A stretch of DNA of 64,000 bases, taken from assembly GCA_963727445.1 (NCBI GenBank), contig CAVSGI010000009.1, positions 352,001-416,000 on the forward strand, in the 5' to 3' direction. This document shows, one piece after another, positions 9,410 to 21,557 of this stretch; positions within the stretch are counted from its first letter, which is position 1, and each line of letters begins with the position of its first letter. Made by a program: the position numbers and the translations under genes. The stretch is from an uncultured delta proteobacterium. GTDB lineage: Bacteria > Myxococcota_A > Polyangia > Polyangiales > B10-G4. Under the pieces are notes generated by a model. It had not been told where the DNA came from. It made no database searches and saw nothing but the letters and a program-made list of their open reading frames with translations.

Positions 9410-9462
9410 TGCGCTCTGACGAGCGCACCTGCGACGAGGGGTGGTGCGCTCGTCAGAGCGCA
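9410..9462. repeat. Perfect 20-bp inverted repeat with 13-nt spacer
   Basis: TGCGCTCTGACGAGCGCACC (9410-9429) / GGTGCGCTCGTCAGAGCGCA (9443-9462) in a divergent intergenic region. Confidence 0.9.
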
Positions 9463-9542
9463 ACGCGCGCGTGAACCTCCGGCGAACGAGTCTTTTCGCG
9501 ACTGGTTCATCGCTTGCTCTGACCCGACGGAGGAGGTTTGCA

Positions 9543-10109
9543 ATGAAACGTATGGTCCCGCCTGTCCTCGTCGCTCTCGCGGCGCTCTTCGCTTGGTCCC
9601 CTTCGGCGTCGGCGCAATCCGCCACCTTCGAAGTGCAGATCACCGCACCCACTGCCGGCTCCACCGAAGTGGTGGTCGAGGTCGTGCCCTTCAATCCACC
9701 GCGGTGGTCTCTCGCGGACCGCGCAGCCATCGAAGCGATGTGGGAGGGACTGGAGTTCCACCTCGCGCCCATGGCGCGGTACTGCGAGATGCCGATGAAG
9801 ATCGAGATCGACGCCGAGTCCTTTCGAGGCAATCTGGTGCGCGGCACCGAGGACGGCCTCCACCCCGGCACCCGCGGTCGCTTCGTCGACCTGGCCCGCG
9901 CCATGAGCGCCGTCTGCCGGCGCGGGCAAACGGAGAAGTCCGCCCTTCGGTCGAGGATTCACACCGTCCGCGTCGGCTTCATCGACGGACCACGTGATCG
10001 CATCCGCATCGCCGGCGACACGCTGATCTACCAGACCAGCGGTGACCTCAACGGCGACGGACACCTCGGCTACGCGCGCTTCATCGACTGGCTGATGGAA
10101 GCGCTCTGA
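9543..10109 (+). CDS. Hypothetical secreted protein
   Basis: RBS GGAGGAGG; signal peptide MKRMVPPVLVALAALF...ASAQ; two Cys. Confidence 0.75.
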   Translation: MKRMVPPVLVALAALFAWSPSASAQSATFEVQITAPTAGSTEVVVEVVPFNPPRWSLADRAAIEAMWEGLEFHLAPMARYCEMPMKIEIDAESFRGNLVRGTEDGLHPGTRGRFVDLARAMSAVCRRGQTEKSALRSRIHTVRVGFIDGPRDRIRIAGDTLIYQTSGDLNGDGHLGYARFIDWLMEAL

Positions 10110-10144
10110 CGGTGCGCTCGTCGCCCGTTCGCAGCGACGCCCCG

Positions 10145-11710
10145 CTATTCGGCCGCCGTTATTTCGAGTGTGAATGATCCGTCAAAGCGCGCCTCTGGTC
10201 CGTCGTCGAGTCGGATCAGAGCGAGGATGCAGGCGTAAGCGGTCTCCCCCGGGAACGGCGTGACCGCTAAGTCTTTTCCATGGGAGATCCCCGGCCAACG
10301 CTCGACATCATAGGAGACCCGATAGCGCTCGAGGGGTCCGCCGGCGTTCCTCCAGCAAGTGGCGAAAGCATTCCGATGGGAGGCGACGGCCTCGCGCACG
10401 AGAGCGAAGTCGCCCTCGTGCTCGAGCGGAGTGGCGCGGACCGTCACCGGCCCAGGCGCCGGAGGCGGACGCGTCATGCTCGGGTCGCGGTCATGCGTTC
10501 CGCGTCGGCGGGTCTGCCGAGGCGGGTCCGGCTCCGGGAGCATGGAGCTCTCCGGCACAGTTGGGGCGCTCTCCTCCCGGGGTGCGGCGACGTCGACCGG
10601 AACCGGCTCGATCATCGGGGGGGCGCCCACGCCCTGGATCGGCGTCGCGCCGGGGTCGTAGGCGGTGACCACACTGACGACCAGCACCGCCCCGACCACC
10701 ACCCCACCCAACAAGAGGCCGAGCATTCGTCGTGATCGAGGACGGGTGCTCCCTTCGGCGCCGGGCCTCTTCGCTGACTCCGTCGGCCGTGTCTCGGTGG
10801 GCGTGGCTCGAGTGGATGGCTCGCTCGGCTCCTGCGGTGAAGTGGCGGAGACCGGCGGCGCGCTCGGGGCTGCCAACCGTTCCAGCGCCTTGCCGAGCTC
10901 CGCCGCCGACTGAAAACGCGCTTCGGGCTCGAGCGCCATCGCACGCTCGACCACTTGCCCGAGCGCGCCGAGCTCGGGGCGCAGCACCGGCAAGGGGGGC
11001 CGATCCCCCGCCATCAAAGGGCCAACCACCTCCGCCAGGGTGTGACCCGGGTAGGGGTGACGCGCCGCGAGCACGCCATAGAGCAGCGCGCCGAGCGCGT
11101 AGACATCGGTGCGCTCGTCGATGCGATCACCGGTGAGCTGCTCGGGCGCCATGTAGTTCGGCGTGCCGAGGACCTGACCCGTGGAGGTCAAGCGCTGGTA
11201 CGCCGGCGACTCCTTGATCGAAGCCACGCCGAAGTCGACGAGCTTGGCGATCTCCTTGCCGTCGTAGCCGGTGACCACGACCACATTCGATGGCTTGACG
11301 TCGCGATGGACGACCCCTTTCTCGTGCGCCGCTGAGAGGGCCGACGCCACCTGCGCTCCGAGGCGCGCCCCGCGTGGGCCGTCGAGGGGGCCGTCCTCTT
11401 TCACGATCTGAGACAGGGGCCTCCCTTCGAGGAGCTCCATCACCAGGAAGGCGGTGCCGTCCTCCTCGATCGCGAAGTCGAAACAACGCGTGAGGTGGGG
11501 GTGCTCGATCGCGCCCATCGCCGTCGCCTCGCGGCGGAAGCGCTCGAGCTGAACGGCGCTCTTCGCCAGCGTCGGCGACAGCTCTTTGAGCGCCGCGCGA
11601 CCGCCAGTGGCGGTGACTTTCACGCAGAAGACACGGCCCATCCCCCCCGCGCCGAGCTCTTCGATGGCTTCGTAGCGCCCACGGCCCCAGCTCCGCGTCG
11701 GCGCGCTCAA
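10145..11710 (-). CDS. Membrane Ser/Thr protein kinase
   Basis: LGAGGMG, AALKEL, HRDVKPSN, DFG, GTPNYMAPE; TM helix; TTG start overlapping upstream TGA. Confidence 0.92.
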   Translation of the reverse strand: MSAPTRSWGRGRYEAIEELGAGGMGRVFCVKVTATGGRAALKELSPTLAKSAVQLERFRREATAMGAIEHPHLTRCFDFAIEEDGTAFLVMELLEGRPLSQIVKEDGPLDGPRGARLGAQVASALSAAHEKGVVHRDVKPSNVVVVTGYDGKEIAKLVDFGVASIKESPAYQRLTSTGQVLGTPNYMAPEQLTGDRIDERTDVYALGALLYGVLAARHPYPGHTLAEVVGPLMAGDRPPLPVLRPELGALGQVVERAMALEPEARFQSAAELGKALERLAAPSAPPVSATSPQEPSEPSTRATPTETRPTESAKRPGAEGSTRPRSRRMLGLLLGGVVVGAVLVVSVVTAYDPGATPIQGVGAPPMIEPVPVDVAAPREESAPTVPESSMLPEPDPPRQTRRRGTHDRDPSMTRPPPAPGPVTVRATPLEHEGDFALVREAVASHRNAFATCWRNAGGPLERYRVSYDVERWPGISHGKDLAVTPFPGETAYACILALIRLDDGPEARFDGSFTLEITAAE

Positions 11711-13029
11711 CCGTCGCTCGCGTCGATGTCCAGTCGCTGGATCAGCGTCTGGAGGTACCGCCGGCTCATGTCGGCGTCCCGCGCAGCCCGGCTCACGTTG
11801 CCCTCGTTCTTCTCGAGCAAGCGCGCGACGTAACCGCGCTGGAAGAGCGCGAGCGCGGCGTCGCTCGCCTCCTTGTAGGACAGGTCGAAGAGCTGGTCGG
11901 GAAAGCCGCCGGACAAGTCGGTCGCGGGGCCCGGCAGACCATGGCCGAGGCCCAGCCCGCCGAGAACCAGGAGCTCCTCCACGGCGTTCCTGAGCTCGCG
12001 CACGTTTCCTGGAAATGAGCGATGCCGGAGTGCTCGAACGATGGCGTCGCATTCGCCCACCTGCTCGGGCGCGATGCGTTCGACGAATAGACGGACGAGC
12101 TCGGGGAGGTCGCTCATGCGGTCACGCAGGGGCGGCAGCTGGATGCGTAGAACAGCCAGGCGGAAGTACAGATCTTCGCGGAAGCCACCTCGATTGACTT
12201 CGGCGGAGAGGTCGCGGTGGGTCGCGGCCACCACGCGGACGTCGATCGACACGGGTTTGGTCGCGCCGACAGGTCGCACTGTGCGCCGCTCGAGGGCACG
12301 GAGGAGCTTGGGCTGTGCCTCCGGTGGTAGCTCGCCTATCTCGTCGAGGAAGATCGTGCCGCCGTGCGCCTCGACGAGCAGGCCCTTCTGATCGCGGACC
12401 GCGCCCGTGAATGCACCGCGCACATGACCGAAGAGCTCGGACTCGAAGAGCGCCGGAGGAATCGCCCCGCAGTCCACGACTACGAAGGGCCCGTCTCGGC
12501 GGGGAGAGGCCTCGTGGATCGCCTCGGCCGCCAACTCCTTGCCAGTCCCCGTCTCTCCAGAGAGGAGCACCGATGCGTCGGACTCGGCCCCGCGCTCCAG
12601 CACGGCGTAGAGCTCGCGCATGGCGACGCTCTTGCCCACGAGCCCGCCGAAGCGATCGCGGTCGGAGAGGGGAATGGACAGTGGGCTGTGCGCCGCGGCG
12701 AGCTCCAGGGTCGTCGCGCCGATGCGCAGTCGCCTGCCCGGTTCGGCGATGGCGACGACGATGCGCACGCCGTCCATCGTCGTGCCGTTGGTCGAGTCGA
12801 GGTCGCGAACGACGATGCTGTCCGGTCCCGCCTCGAACGAGAGGTGGTGACGCGATACCGACCGGTCGGTGAGCACCACGTCGTTGTCCTCGCCGGTCCC
12901 CACGGTGAAGCTACGGCGGCCGGTCACCCGTTCCGTGACGGCGTCCGGCCCTTCTACGACGCGAATCGCGAGGCTCGGGAGGGTGAGCGAGGTCCACGCG
13001 CTGTCTCGGGGCACAGTCTCGTCGGCCAT
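11707..13029 (-). CDS. FHA-domain sigma54-dependent transcriptional activator (bEBP)
   Basis: FHA (VSRHHL, STNGT), Walker [30 protein letters not shown], Fis-type HTH. Confidence 0.95.
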   Translation of the reverse strand: MADETVPRDSAWTSLTLPSLAIRVVEGPDAVTERVTGRRSFTVGTGEDNDVVLTDRSVSRHHLSFEAGPDSIVVRDLDSTNGTTMDGVRIVVAIAEPGRRLRIGATTLELAAAHSPLSIPLSDRDRFGGLVGKSVAMRELYAVLERGAESDASVLLSGETGTGKELAAEAIHEASPRRDGPFVVVDCGAIPPALFESELFGHVRGAFTGAVRDQKGLLVEAHGGTIFLDEIGELPPEAQPKLLRALERRTVRPVGATKPVSIDVRVVAATHRDLSAEVNRGGFREDLYFRLAVLRIQLPPLRDRMSDLPELVRLFVERIAPEQVGECDAIVRALRHRSFPGNVRELRNAVEELLVLGGLGLGHGLPGPATDLSGGFPDQLFDLSYKEASDAALALFQRGYVARLLEKNEGNVSRAARDADMSRRYLQTLIQRLDIDASDG

Positions 13030-13062
13030 CGACCGAAGGATGCCACACGTGCCCAGCTGTGG

Positions 13063-14100
13063 TCAGTCGCGCCGCGTCGGAACTTCGTGGTCGTCGTCGA
13101 CCAGCGTGTCGGGACCGAGGCTATCGGGGAGTGTCTCCACTTCGGCGAGCAGGGTCTTGGCCTGGGAGATCCCCGCGTGCTCGAGCGCCCGCAGGCGCGA
13201 GATGCTCTCTTCGGCGAGGGCGCGAGCGCGGCCACCGATCTCCTCCGGAGAAACGGGCGAGAGCTCCACCTCCTCGAGGGCACGCACCAGCTCGGGCGCA
13301 TTGCGCCAGCGCTTCGCGCGGTCGCGGAAGAGCGCGCGGCCAACGACCGCTTCGAGGTCGAGGGGGAGATCCGGCTCCAGCTCCGTCAGCCTCGGGATTG
13401 GAGTGACCTGCACACGGTGGAGGGTGGCGGTGGGGGTGCGCGCGCGGAAGAGCCGCTGTCCGCAGAAGAGCTCCCACGCGATGATACCCAACGAGAAGAT
13501 ATCGCTCTGGGCGTCAGCCTCACCGGCGAGGTGCTCCGGCGAGAAGTACGAGTAGCTTCCCTTCACCTCCCCTGGCGCGCTCACCGCCGTGCGCCGGCGT
13601 GCCTTGGCGAGACCGAAATCCGTGAGCCGCGCGCGCCCGTCGACACCGACGAGGACGTTCTTCGGGCTGATGTCGCGGTGGGCGACGTCGAGGGGCTTCC
13701 CGAACGGGTCGACCGTCGCGTGCGCGTCGCGCAGACCCCGCGCCATGTCCAGGACGAGCGTGTAGGCCACATCCACCGGTAGCCGCTCGTCACTCGCGAA
13801 GCGATGGAGATCGGTTCCGACCACCAGCTCCATCACCATGAAAGGCGCGCCGTGCTCGTCGCGACCGACGTCGAGCACCGGCACGACGTTCGGGCTGTGG
13901 ATGCACGCTGCTGTGCGTGCCTCGTCGAAGAACATCGCCACCGCGCGCTCGTTCGACGCGTAGTCCGGGAGGATGCGCTTGATCGCGTAGAGGCGCTGAA
14001 AACGCGATTCGCCTCGCAGACGGGCGGCGAACACCTCGCCCATCCCTCCGCGCCCGAGCGGGGCGAGGATTTCGTAGCGCCCTATCTGTTCAGGAGTCAC
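13063..14100 (-). CDS. Cytoplasmic Ser/Thr protein kinase
   Basis: LGRGGMG, AIKR, HRDISPKN, DFG, YFSPE; no TM helix. Confidence 0.92.
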   Translation of the reverse strand: MTPEQIGRYEILAPLGRGGMGEVFAARLRGESRFQRLYAIKRILPDYASNERAVAMFFDEARTAACIHSPNVVPVLDVGRDEHGAPFMVMELVVGTDLHRFASDERLPVDVAYTLVLDMARGLRDAHATVDPFGKPLDVAHRDISPKNVLVGVDGRARLTDFGLAKARRRTAVSAPGEVKGSYSYFSPEHLAGEADAQSDIFSLGIIAWELFCGQRLFRARTPTATLHRVQVTPIPRLTELEPDLPLDLEAVVGRALFRDRAKRWRNAPELVRALEEVELSPVSPEEIGGRARALAEESISRLRALEHAGISQAKTLLAEVETLPDSLGPDTLVDDDHEVPTRRD

Positions 14101-14181
14101 CGCGCGAGATTCCTCGGCCCCGAGGATAGCGCGATGGAGAGGGCTTGCGCAGAGGAGACGGACGCGCGAGCCGCGTCGATG

Positions 14182-14682
14182 TCAGGAGCCGAGACAGCGG
14201 GTGCGAGCTTCGTCGACCGCGGCGCGTTCGTCGAGGCACACGGTGTCCATGTCGGCGGGGCAGGCGGCAGCGATGTAGCAGTCGAGGTAGGCGAGGAGCG
14301 TCGCCATGTCGCCGGGACAGACGGCGATGATCTCGCTGTAGGTGTCGGCGGTATTGGTGACGCAGCCATCGACCGAGCCCGAGAGCGATCCGCAATCCGA
14401 GGCGTGCTGGCAGGTCATCTGGATGCGATCCATGACGCCGGGGTCGAGGCCGGAGTCCGTCGCCGTCGCCGCGTCGGAGCTCGCGTCGGTGGGGGAGCCG
14501 GTGTCCGCGCCCGTGTCCGAAGTGGCGTCTGCCGCGGCATCGCTCGCCCCCGTGTCCGACGACATCGAAGCGTCGCTGCCCCCGTCTCCGCCAATGGATC
14601 CGTCCCGGACGCGGCCATCGTCACCGCATCCGGCGGCCATGATCTGAAGACAAAGGAGGGGCGTGAAGAGACATGCGCGCAT
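14182..14682 (-). CDS. Small Cys-containing lipoprotein
   Basis: Lipobox AAGC; D/A/S/T-rich linker; Cys-containing C-terminal domain. Confidence 0.7.
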   Translation of the reverse strand: MRACLFTPLLCLQIMAAGCGDDGRVRDGSIGGDGGSDASMSSDTGASDAAADATSDTGADTGSPTDASSDAATATDSGLDPGVMDRIQMTCQHASDCGSLSGSVDGCVTNTADTYSEIIAVCPGDMATLLAYLDCYIAAACPADMDTVCLDERAAVDEARTRCLGS

Positions 14683-14809
14683 GCGGGGATGCTACCAACG
14701 GGCGCGCTGTCGGCCATGATAAGCGCTTAAGGTCAGCGCGCGCACATCAACCCACAATGTCGCTTTCAAAGGCGGCCCTTCGGAGGTGGGTCCACTATAC
14801 TCGAAGCCG

Positions 14810-16746
<1,937 letters not shown>

Positions 16747-16810
16747 CCGGTCAGACGGCGCTCCTCGACACGATCATGCATCCGCGAGGGCGCTGCGGTA
16801 CAATGCGCCG

Positions 16811-17551
16811 GTGCGACTCAGGCCCCTCGCACTCCTTGCAGTCGTTGCGCTTTCTTGGAGTTTCGTCTCTCAGGCCGCTGCACAGCGGCGCTGGCAGGGT
16901 CCCTCCGGCGAGCCGACGGCCGAAGACGTGGAGGAGGCCCGCACCATCTACAACGAAGGCGCGCAGGCGGCCGAAGAGGAACGCTGGGCCGACGCCATCG
17001 GCCTCTTCGAGCAGAGCTACGCGTTGTCGGGGCGCGCGTCCGCGCTCTACAGCATCGGGTACACCTCCCGAAACGTCGGTCGTTTCATCGATGCGCGGGA
17101 CGCGCTCGATCAGCTCCTCGCGCAAGACGACGTCGAGGACGTGCTCCGCGATCAGGCCCTCGTGCTGCGCCACGAGGTACAGGGAAAGATCGCCATCCTG
17201 AGCCTGATCGGCCTCGAGGACTATGGCGAGCCATCCATCCGCCTGGACGGGGCACGTCACGGCGACGCGGGGGATCGGCCCCTCGACGTCGAGCTCGATC
17301 CTGGCGAGCACCGGTTGCAGGTGGAGGCCCCGGGTTACTCGGAGTACACGTGGTCGGGCCGCCTCGCGCAGGGCGATCACATGCAGCTCGAGGTCGAGAT
17401 GGAGCCGGTGACGGAGTCGATCTTTCAGAACACCTGGTTCTGGGTGGGAGCCGGCGCGGTGGTCGCCGTGGCTGCAGTGATCATCACCGCCGTCGTGCTG
17501 CAGAACGCCGCCCAGCTCGACCCGCGCACGGAGTTCAACCTGAAGCTATGA
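16811..17551 (+). CDS. TPR + PEGA-like protein with C-terminal TM helix
   Basis: Signal peptide; TPR ARTIYNEG...FEQSYALS...LYSIG; PEGA-like LDPGEHRLQVEAPGY; TM after QNTWFW. Confidence 0.85.
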   Translation: MRLRPLALLAVVALSWSFVSQAAAQRRWQGPSGEPTAEDVEEARTIYNEGAQAAEEERWADAIGLFEQSYALSGRASALYSIGYTSRNVGRFIDARDALDQLLAQDDVEDVLRDQALVLRHEVQGKIAILSLIGLEDYGEPSIRLDGARHGDAGDRPLDVELDPGEHRLQVEAPGYSEYTWSGRLAQGDHMQLEVEMEPVTESIFQNTWFWVGAGAVVAVAAVIITAVVLQNAAQLDPRTEFNLKL

Positions 17552-18113
17552 CGCGCGTGACACGGCTCACCCTGATGGCCCTTCTCCCGCTCCTCGCTGT
17601 GGGGTGTGCGCAGAACGCCATCTTCGAGCTCACGGTGAACGTCACGGTCCCTCCCGAGATGGGTCCCACCGGCCAGCTTCGGGACAAGGTGTTGTTCCAG
17701 GCACGCTCGGGGATGATGGTCGACTTCGGAGCCGACTGGCAGCAGACGCAGAATCGCCGGCATCGTCCTCGATCCGATGATGACACCCAACACCTTCGTC
17801 GGGAGCTTCGAGGCGTCGGGCGATCGAGATCGAGCAGATGCTCAACGTCAAGGTGCGCTTCTGCGTCGACCCCAACTGCCTGAGCCCCGACGACGGCGAC
17901 GACCGGGCGCCCGAGGTCGACTACCAGTTCGAGCGTGCTTTCTATCGCGGTCGCTACACCACTTATGAAGCGGACATCGACGCTTTCCCGTCGTCAGGGA
18001 TTCCGGCCATGCCGCCGCCCGTCGGCAAGTGCGAGATCGTCGGCGAGGGTTGCTGGGATGGCATGACCGACAACAACTGTTTGAGCGACGGACGGCACTT
18101 CTGCGAAGACTGA
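17548..18113 (+). CDS. Lipoprotein (two apparent +1 frameshifts at ~17752 and ~17825)
   Basis: ATGA overlap with TPR gene; lipobox AVGC; three successive frames join into one ORF ending CLSDGRHFCED. Confidence 0.65.
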
Positions 18114-18162
18114 GGTCCGCCACCGACTCGACGGTTTCGGCTTCGCCCCTTATCTTCGTCGA

Positions 18163-19707
18163 GTGCGGCTCCTCGCCCCCGCCCTCGCCCTGGTGCTCGC
18201 TTCGTGTTCCACGTCGCCCATCGGTCTGACGGTCGACGTCGTCTCGGACTGGGTGCCGGGGCTCGACTTCGTCGCGGTCGACACCGAGATCTCCAGCGCG
18301 CCCTTCACCGGCCCAGCTGACGGCGAGGTACGCCAGGAGACCTACGACATCACCGGCTCTGAAGACTTCTTTCGCGGAGTGCGCGTCTCCGAGCTCGAGG
18401 ACGTGGGCGCCGGCCGGCGCTTCGTGCGCGTGAGCATGCGTGACGCCGCCGGACGCTTCATCGCCCGCCGCACGATCGACCTGGACCTGACGACCAGCTT
18501 CGCGGCGACGGTCCTCCTCACGCGAAGTTGCCAGGCCGTCGTCTGCCCCGCGCCCGCCGGCGCACCGGAGCTCTCCGAGTGTCAGGCGGGCCGCTGCGTC
18601 GATCCGCACTGCTCGCCCTCCACCCCCGAGCTCTGTCCGGTCGCTTGCGAGGGTGATGCGCAGTGTGATGAAGAGCTCGTGTGGTGCGAGGGAGCGAGGC
18701 TCTGCCGCGCGGGCGCCTGTCTCTGTCGAGATGCGCCAACGGATGGAGGCGTCTCCGATGGGGGCGTCGACACCGGATCCAGCTGCGCGACCACCGAGAC
18801 CGCCTGCGACGACGGGATGGACGAGGACTGCGACGGACTGACCGATTGTGCCGACGACGACTGCATCGGCGCGAGCTGTGACGACGGATTCTTCTGCACG
18901 ATGAACGACAAGTGTGGGACCGACGGCGCGTGCTCCGATACGGAGCCGAGGTGCGCGACCTTCTGCAACGAGAGCACCATGAGCTGCGAGGAGTGCACGA
19001 TGGACGCGGATTGCGGTGCGCCGACCACGGGCGCCTGGGGTTCGTGCGGCGGCTTCAGTGATGCGTGCAGCGAGACGGGCACCCAGACGCGGTCGGTGAC
19101 GACGCCCCGATGCAACTCGGGGACTTGTACGGTGGAGACGACGAGCGAATCCGGCACCTGCACGCGGACGACCACCGGCACCACGTGCGGTGCCACCACC
19201 ACCGGCTCCTGGGGCGGATGCGCAGGATTCTCGGGCGGCTGCGACACCAGCGGCACCCAGAGCCGGTCGGTCACCACGTTCACATGCATGGGCGGCAGTT
19301 GCCAGAGCATGTCCTCGACCGAGACGCGCAGCTGCTCGCGCACGGTCACCAACGGCACGAACTGTGGCAGTACCTCATGGCACGTCTGCTGTAGCGGCTC
19401 CTGCATCGACACGCGTAACAACAACACCCACTGCGGCACCTGCGGCGTGAGCTGCTCCTCCATCGGGCGGACGTGTGCGGGCACCGGAACCGGCGGCTAT
19501 GCCTGCCGCGGCTGCACGACCAACGCGGAGTGCGTCAGCATTCACAACAGTCGAGCCACCTGCTACGACGTGGCCGCGCCCCCGGCGTTCTGCCAGTGTC
19601 AGTGCGCGTCGAACGGGGTGTGTGTCAACGGCGGATGCGGTTCGAACTTCTTCTGCCACGACTGCCCGGGACACAACTTCTGCGCGCCCTTCGGCGGCAG
19701 TTGCTGA
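18163..19707 (+). CDS. Large Cys-rich lipoprotein with repeated WGxC modules
   Basis: Lipobox LASC; CDDGMDEDCDGLTDC motif; two WG(S/G)C(G/A)GFS..C...GTQ.RSVT repeats. Confidence 0.8.
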   Translation: MRLLAPALALVLASCSTSPIGLTVDVVSDWVPGLDFVAVDTEISSAPFTGPADGEVRQETYDITGSEDFFRGVRVSELEDVGAGRRFVRVSMRDAAGRFIARRTIDLDLTTSFAATVLLTRSCQAVVCPAPAGAPELSECQAGRCVDPHCSPSTPELCPVACEGDAQCDEELVWCEGARLCRAGACLCRDAPTDGGVSDGGVDTGSSCATTETACDDGMDEDCDGLTDCADDDCIGASCDDGFFCTMNDKCGTDGACSDTEPRCATFCNESTMSCEECTMDADCGAPTTGAWGSCGGFSDACSETGTQTRSVTTPRCNSGTCTVETTSESGTCTRTTTGTTCGATTTGSWGGCAGFSGGCDTSGTQSRSVTTFTCMGGSCQSMSSTETRSCSRTVTNGTNCGSTSWHVCCSGSCIDTRNNNTHCGTCGVSCSSIGRTCAGTGTGGYACRGCTTNAECVSIHNSRATCYDVAAPPAFCQCQCASNGVCVNGGCGSNFFCHDCPGHNFCAPFGGSC

Positions 19708-19712
19708 CACGC

Positions 19713-21422
19713 TCAGTCAGTGTCGGGCCAGGTGAGCGTGAGTCGGTGTGCGCCCTCGCCCGGCAGCTCGGCGGTGAAGCGTTCGAGGTAGCGGCGTCCA
19801 GCGGGCGAGCTCGCGCGGAGCTCGAGGTAGCGGAAGGTGCGCGGGGTGGCGAAGGCCTCTGCGATCGCTTCCGCGCCTGCGCTCTCGAAGCGCCGGCGGC
19901 CGTGCCAGGTGCCGACCATGACGCCGTCGATCCATACCTCGACGCCGTGATCCGTCTCGCGCGCGTCGGCGGAACGCGTCCGTAGCGCCACCTCGACGCG
20001 CGAGGGTGGATCCTCCCGATGCACGTCGATCACGTAGCTGACCTCTGCGGGTCCATCGCCGGCGGCGCATCCTTCGGCCAGCGCCCAGGGATCGACGGTC
20101 ACCCGGCCGCGATGCGGGTCGAGCGTCTCCCACTCACCTTCGGTCCAGGGACGGAGGTGCTCGAGGCCCAGGGGAAAGAGCCGTGCGTCGTCGTCGGCCG
20201 ACGCGACCACAGCGTTGTCGAGCTCGGGTGCCGTGCCGGCCCATTCCACGGCGGTCCAGCGAAGCGTGTTCCTCACTGGCGTCGTTTCCTCCGCGTGCGG
20301 TCCCTCCGCCCACACGCCCTGCGGGTCGTCCCTTTCGTCCCAGCTCCGATAGATCCAGATCATCAGCCCCGACAGCGCGTCGGCGTCCGCCCTGTCGAGC
20401 GCGCGGCCGAACCACGTCGCGCGCGGCGTGAAGAGCCGATCGCCGCGGCGAAAACCGATCTCTCCGAGGATCAGCGGCTTGTCCAACTCGTTCTCCGCGA
20501 GGTGTGCGCGGTCATCGATCCAACTCCCGAGGGCCTCCGCGTCGGTGATCGCCAACACGTTGTGCGGGTACGAATGGACGTCGGCGTAGCCGATCTCGCC
20601 CAGACGAGTCACGCGACGCCAGCTCCTTCGTGACCGCTCGGTCTTGTAGCCGATGTGTCCCGCACCCACGAGATGGTTCGCGTCGAGGCTGCGGACGAAG
20701 CGCGCCATGTCGCGTATCCACGCGAAGAGGGCATCGTCAGTGGCGCAGGTCTGCGCGGACAGCTCGTTGGCCAGCTCCCAGGAGAAGATCGTCGGGTCGT
20801 CGCGGTAGGCCACGCCGCTGATCGAGTTGGTCCGTCCGACGACGTGCTGGACGTGGTCGCGGTACAGTGCACGCGCTTCCTCGTTCGCGAGGACGTGGCC
20901 CAGCTCCGAAGGAAGCAGGTTGCGGCGCCGCGGCTCGAGACCGACCCAGCGGGCGTATTGGGGAAGGCCTCCGTAGTCTCCCCAACGGTTGAGCAAGGTG
21001 ATCATCACGCGGATGTTCCGTTTTCGCGCCTCCACCAGGAGCGCGTCGAGGTACGCGAAGGAGCTCTCCACCCAGAGGTCGGGCCCGAGCCTGAAGGCAT
21101 AGGCGCGGCGCCATTCCTTCCCGTCGTCCTCCGCCTCTCCGGCCGCCCACACCCGGACCACGGAGATCCCATCGTCGCGCATGGCGTCGAGGAGGGCGGG
21201 CATCCCCTCGCGGGCGCTCTCGCCATGAATCATCGCGGCGTTGGCGCCCACGAAGCGAAAGGGGAGGTCGCCCAGCACGAGGCCCGTTCCGTCGGCGCGC
21301 ACCATCTCGCCGTCACGAATGGGCGGGTTCGTCATGCGCTTGGGGACCCTCGGCGTCTCGGGGGGAGGCTCGCTGCACGCGCCCATCCATGCGGCGAGAG
21401 CGAGACCGATGACCACGTGCAC
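19713..21422 (-). CDS. GH5-like endo-beta-mannanase, probable lipoprotein
   Basis: FRFVGAN, VVRVWA, WGDYGG, YRDDPTIFSWELANE (acid/base Glu), HSYP, KPLILGEIG (nucleophile); start uncertain. Confidence 0.85.
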   Translation of the reverse strand: MHVVIGLALAAWMGACSEPPPETPRVPKRMTNPPIRDGEMVRADGTGLVLGDLPFRFVGANAAMIHGESAREGMPALLDAMRDDGISVVRVWAAGEAEDDGKEWRRAYAFRLGPDLWVESSFAYLDALLVEARKRNIRVMITLLNRWGDYGGLPQYARWVGLEPRRRNLLPSELGHVLANEEARALYRDHVQHVVGRTNSISGVAYRDDPTIFSWELANELSAQTCATDDALFAWIRDMARFVRSLDANHLVGAGHIGYKTERSRRSWRRVTRLGEIGYADVHSYPHNVLAITDAEALGSWIDDRAHLAENELDKPLILGEIGFRRGDRLFTPRATWFGRALDRADADALSGLMIWIYRSWDERDDPQGVWAEGPHAEETTPVRNTLRWTAVEWAGTAPELDNAVVASADDDARLFPLGLEHLRPWTEGEWETLDPHRGRVTVDPWALAEGCAAGDGPAEVSYVIDVHREDPPSRVEVALRTRSADARETDHGVEVWIDGVMVGTWHGRRRFESAGAEAIAEAFATPRTFRYLELRASSPAGRRYLERFTAELPGEGAHRLTLTWPDTD

Positions 21423-21557
21423 GACGGGGATTGTCCGCGGTCGTGCGCAGTTGGCCAAGTCGATGGCCTCGACAGCGCTCGCCTCGCTGCGCGTCACACC
21501 CCGCCGAGGAGCAAGGACGGTCCCCGACGGCATACCTACGGACATTCCGGTTCCGAG

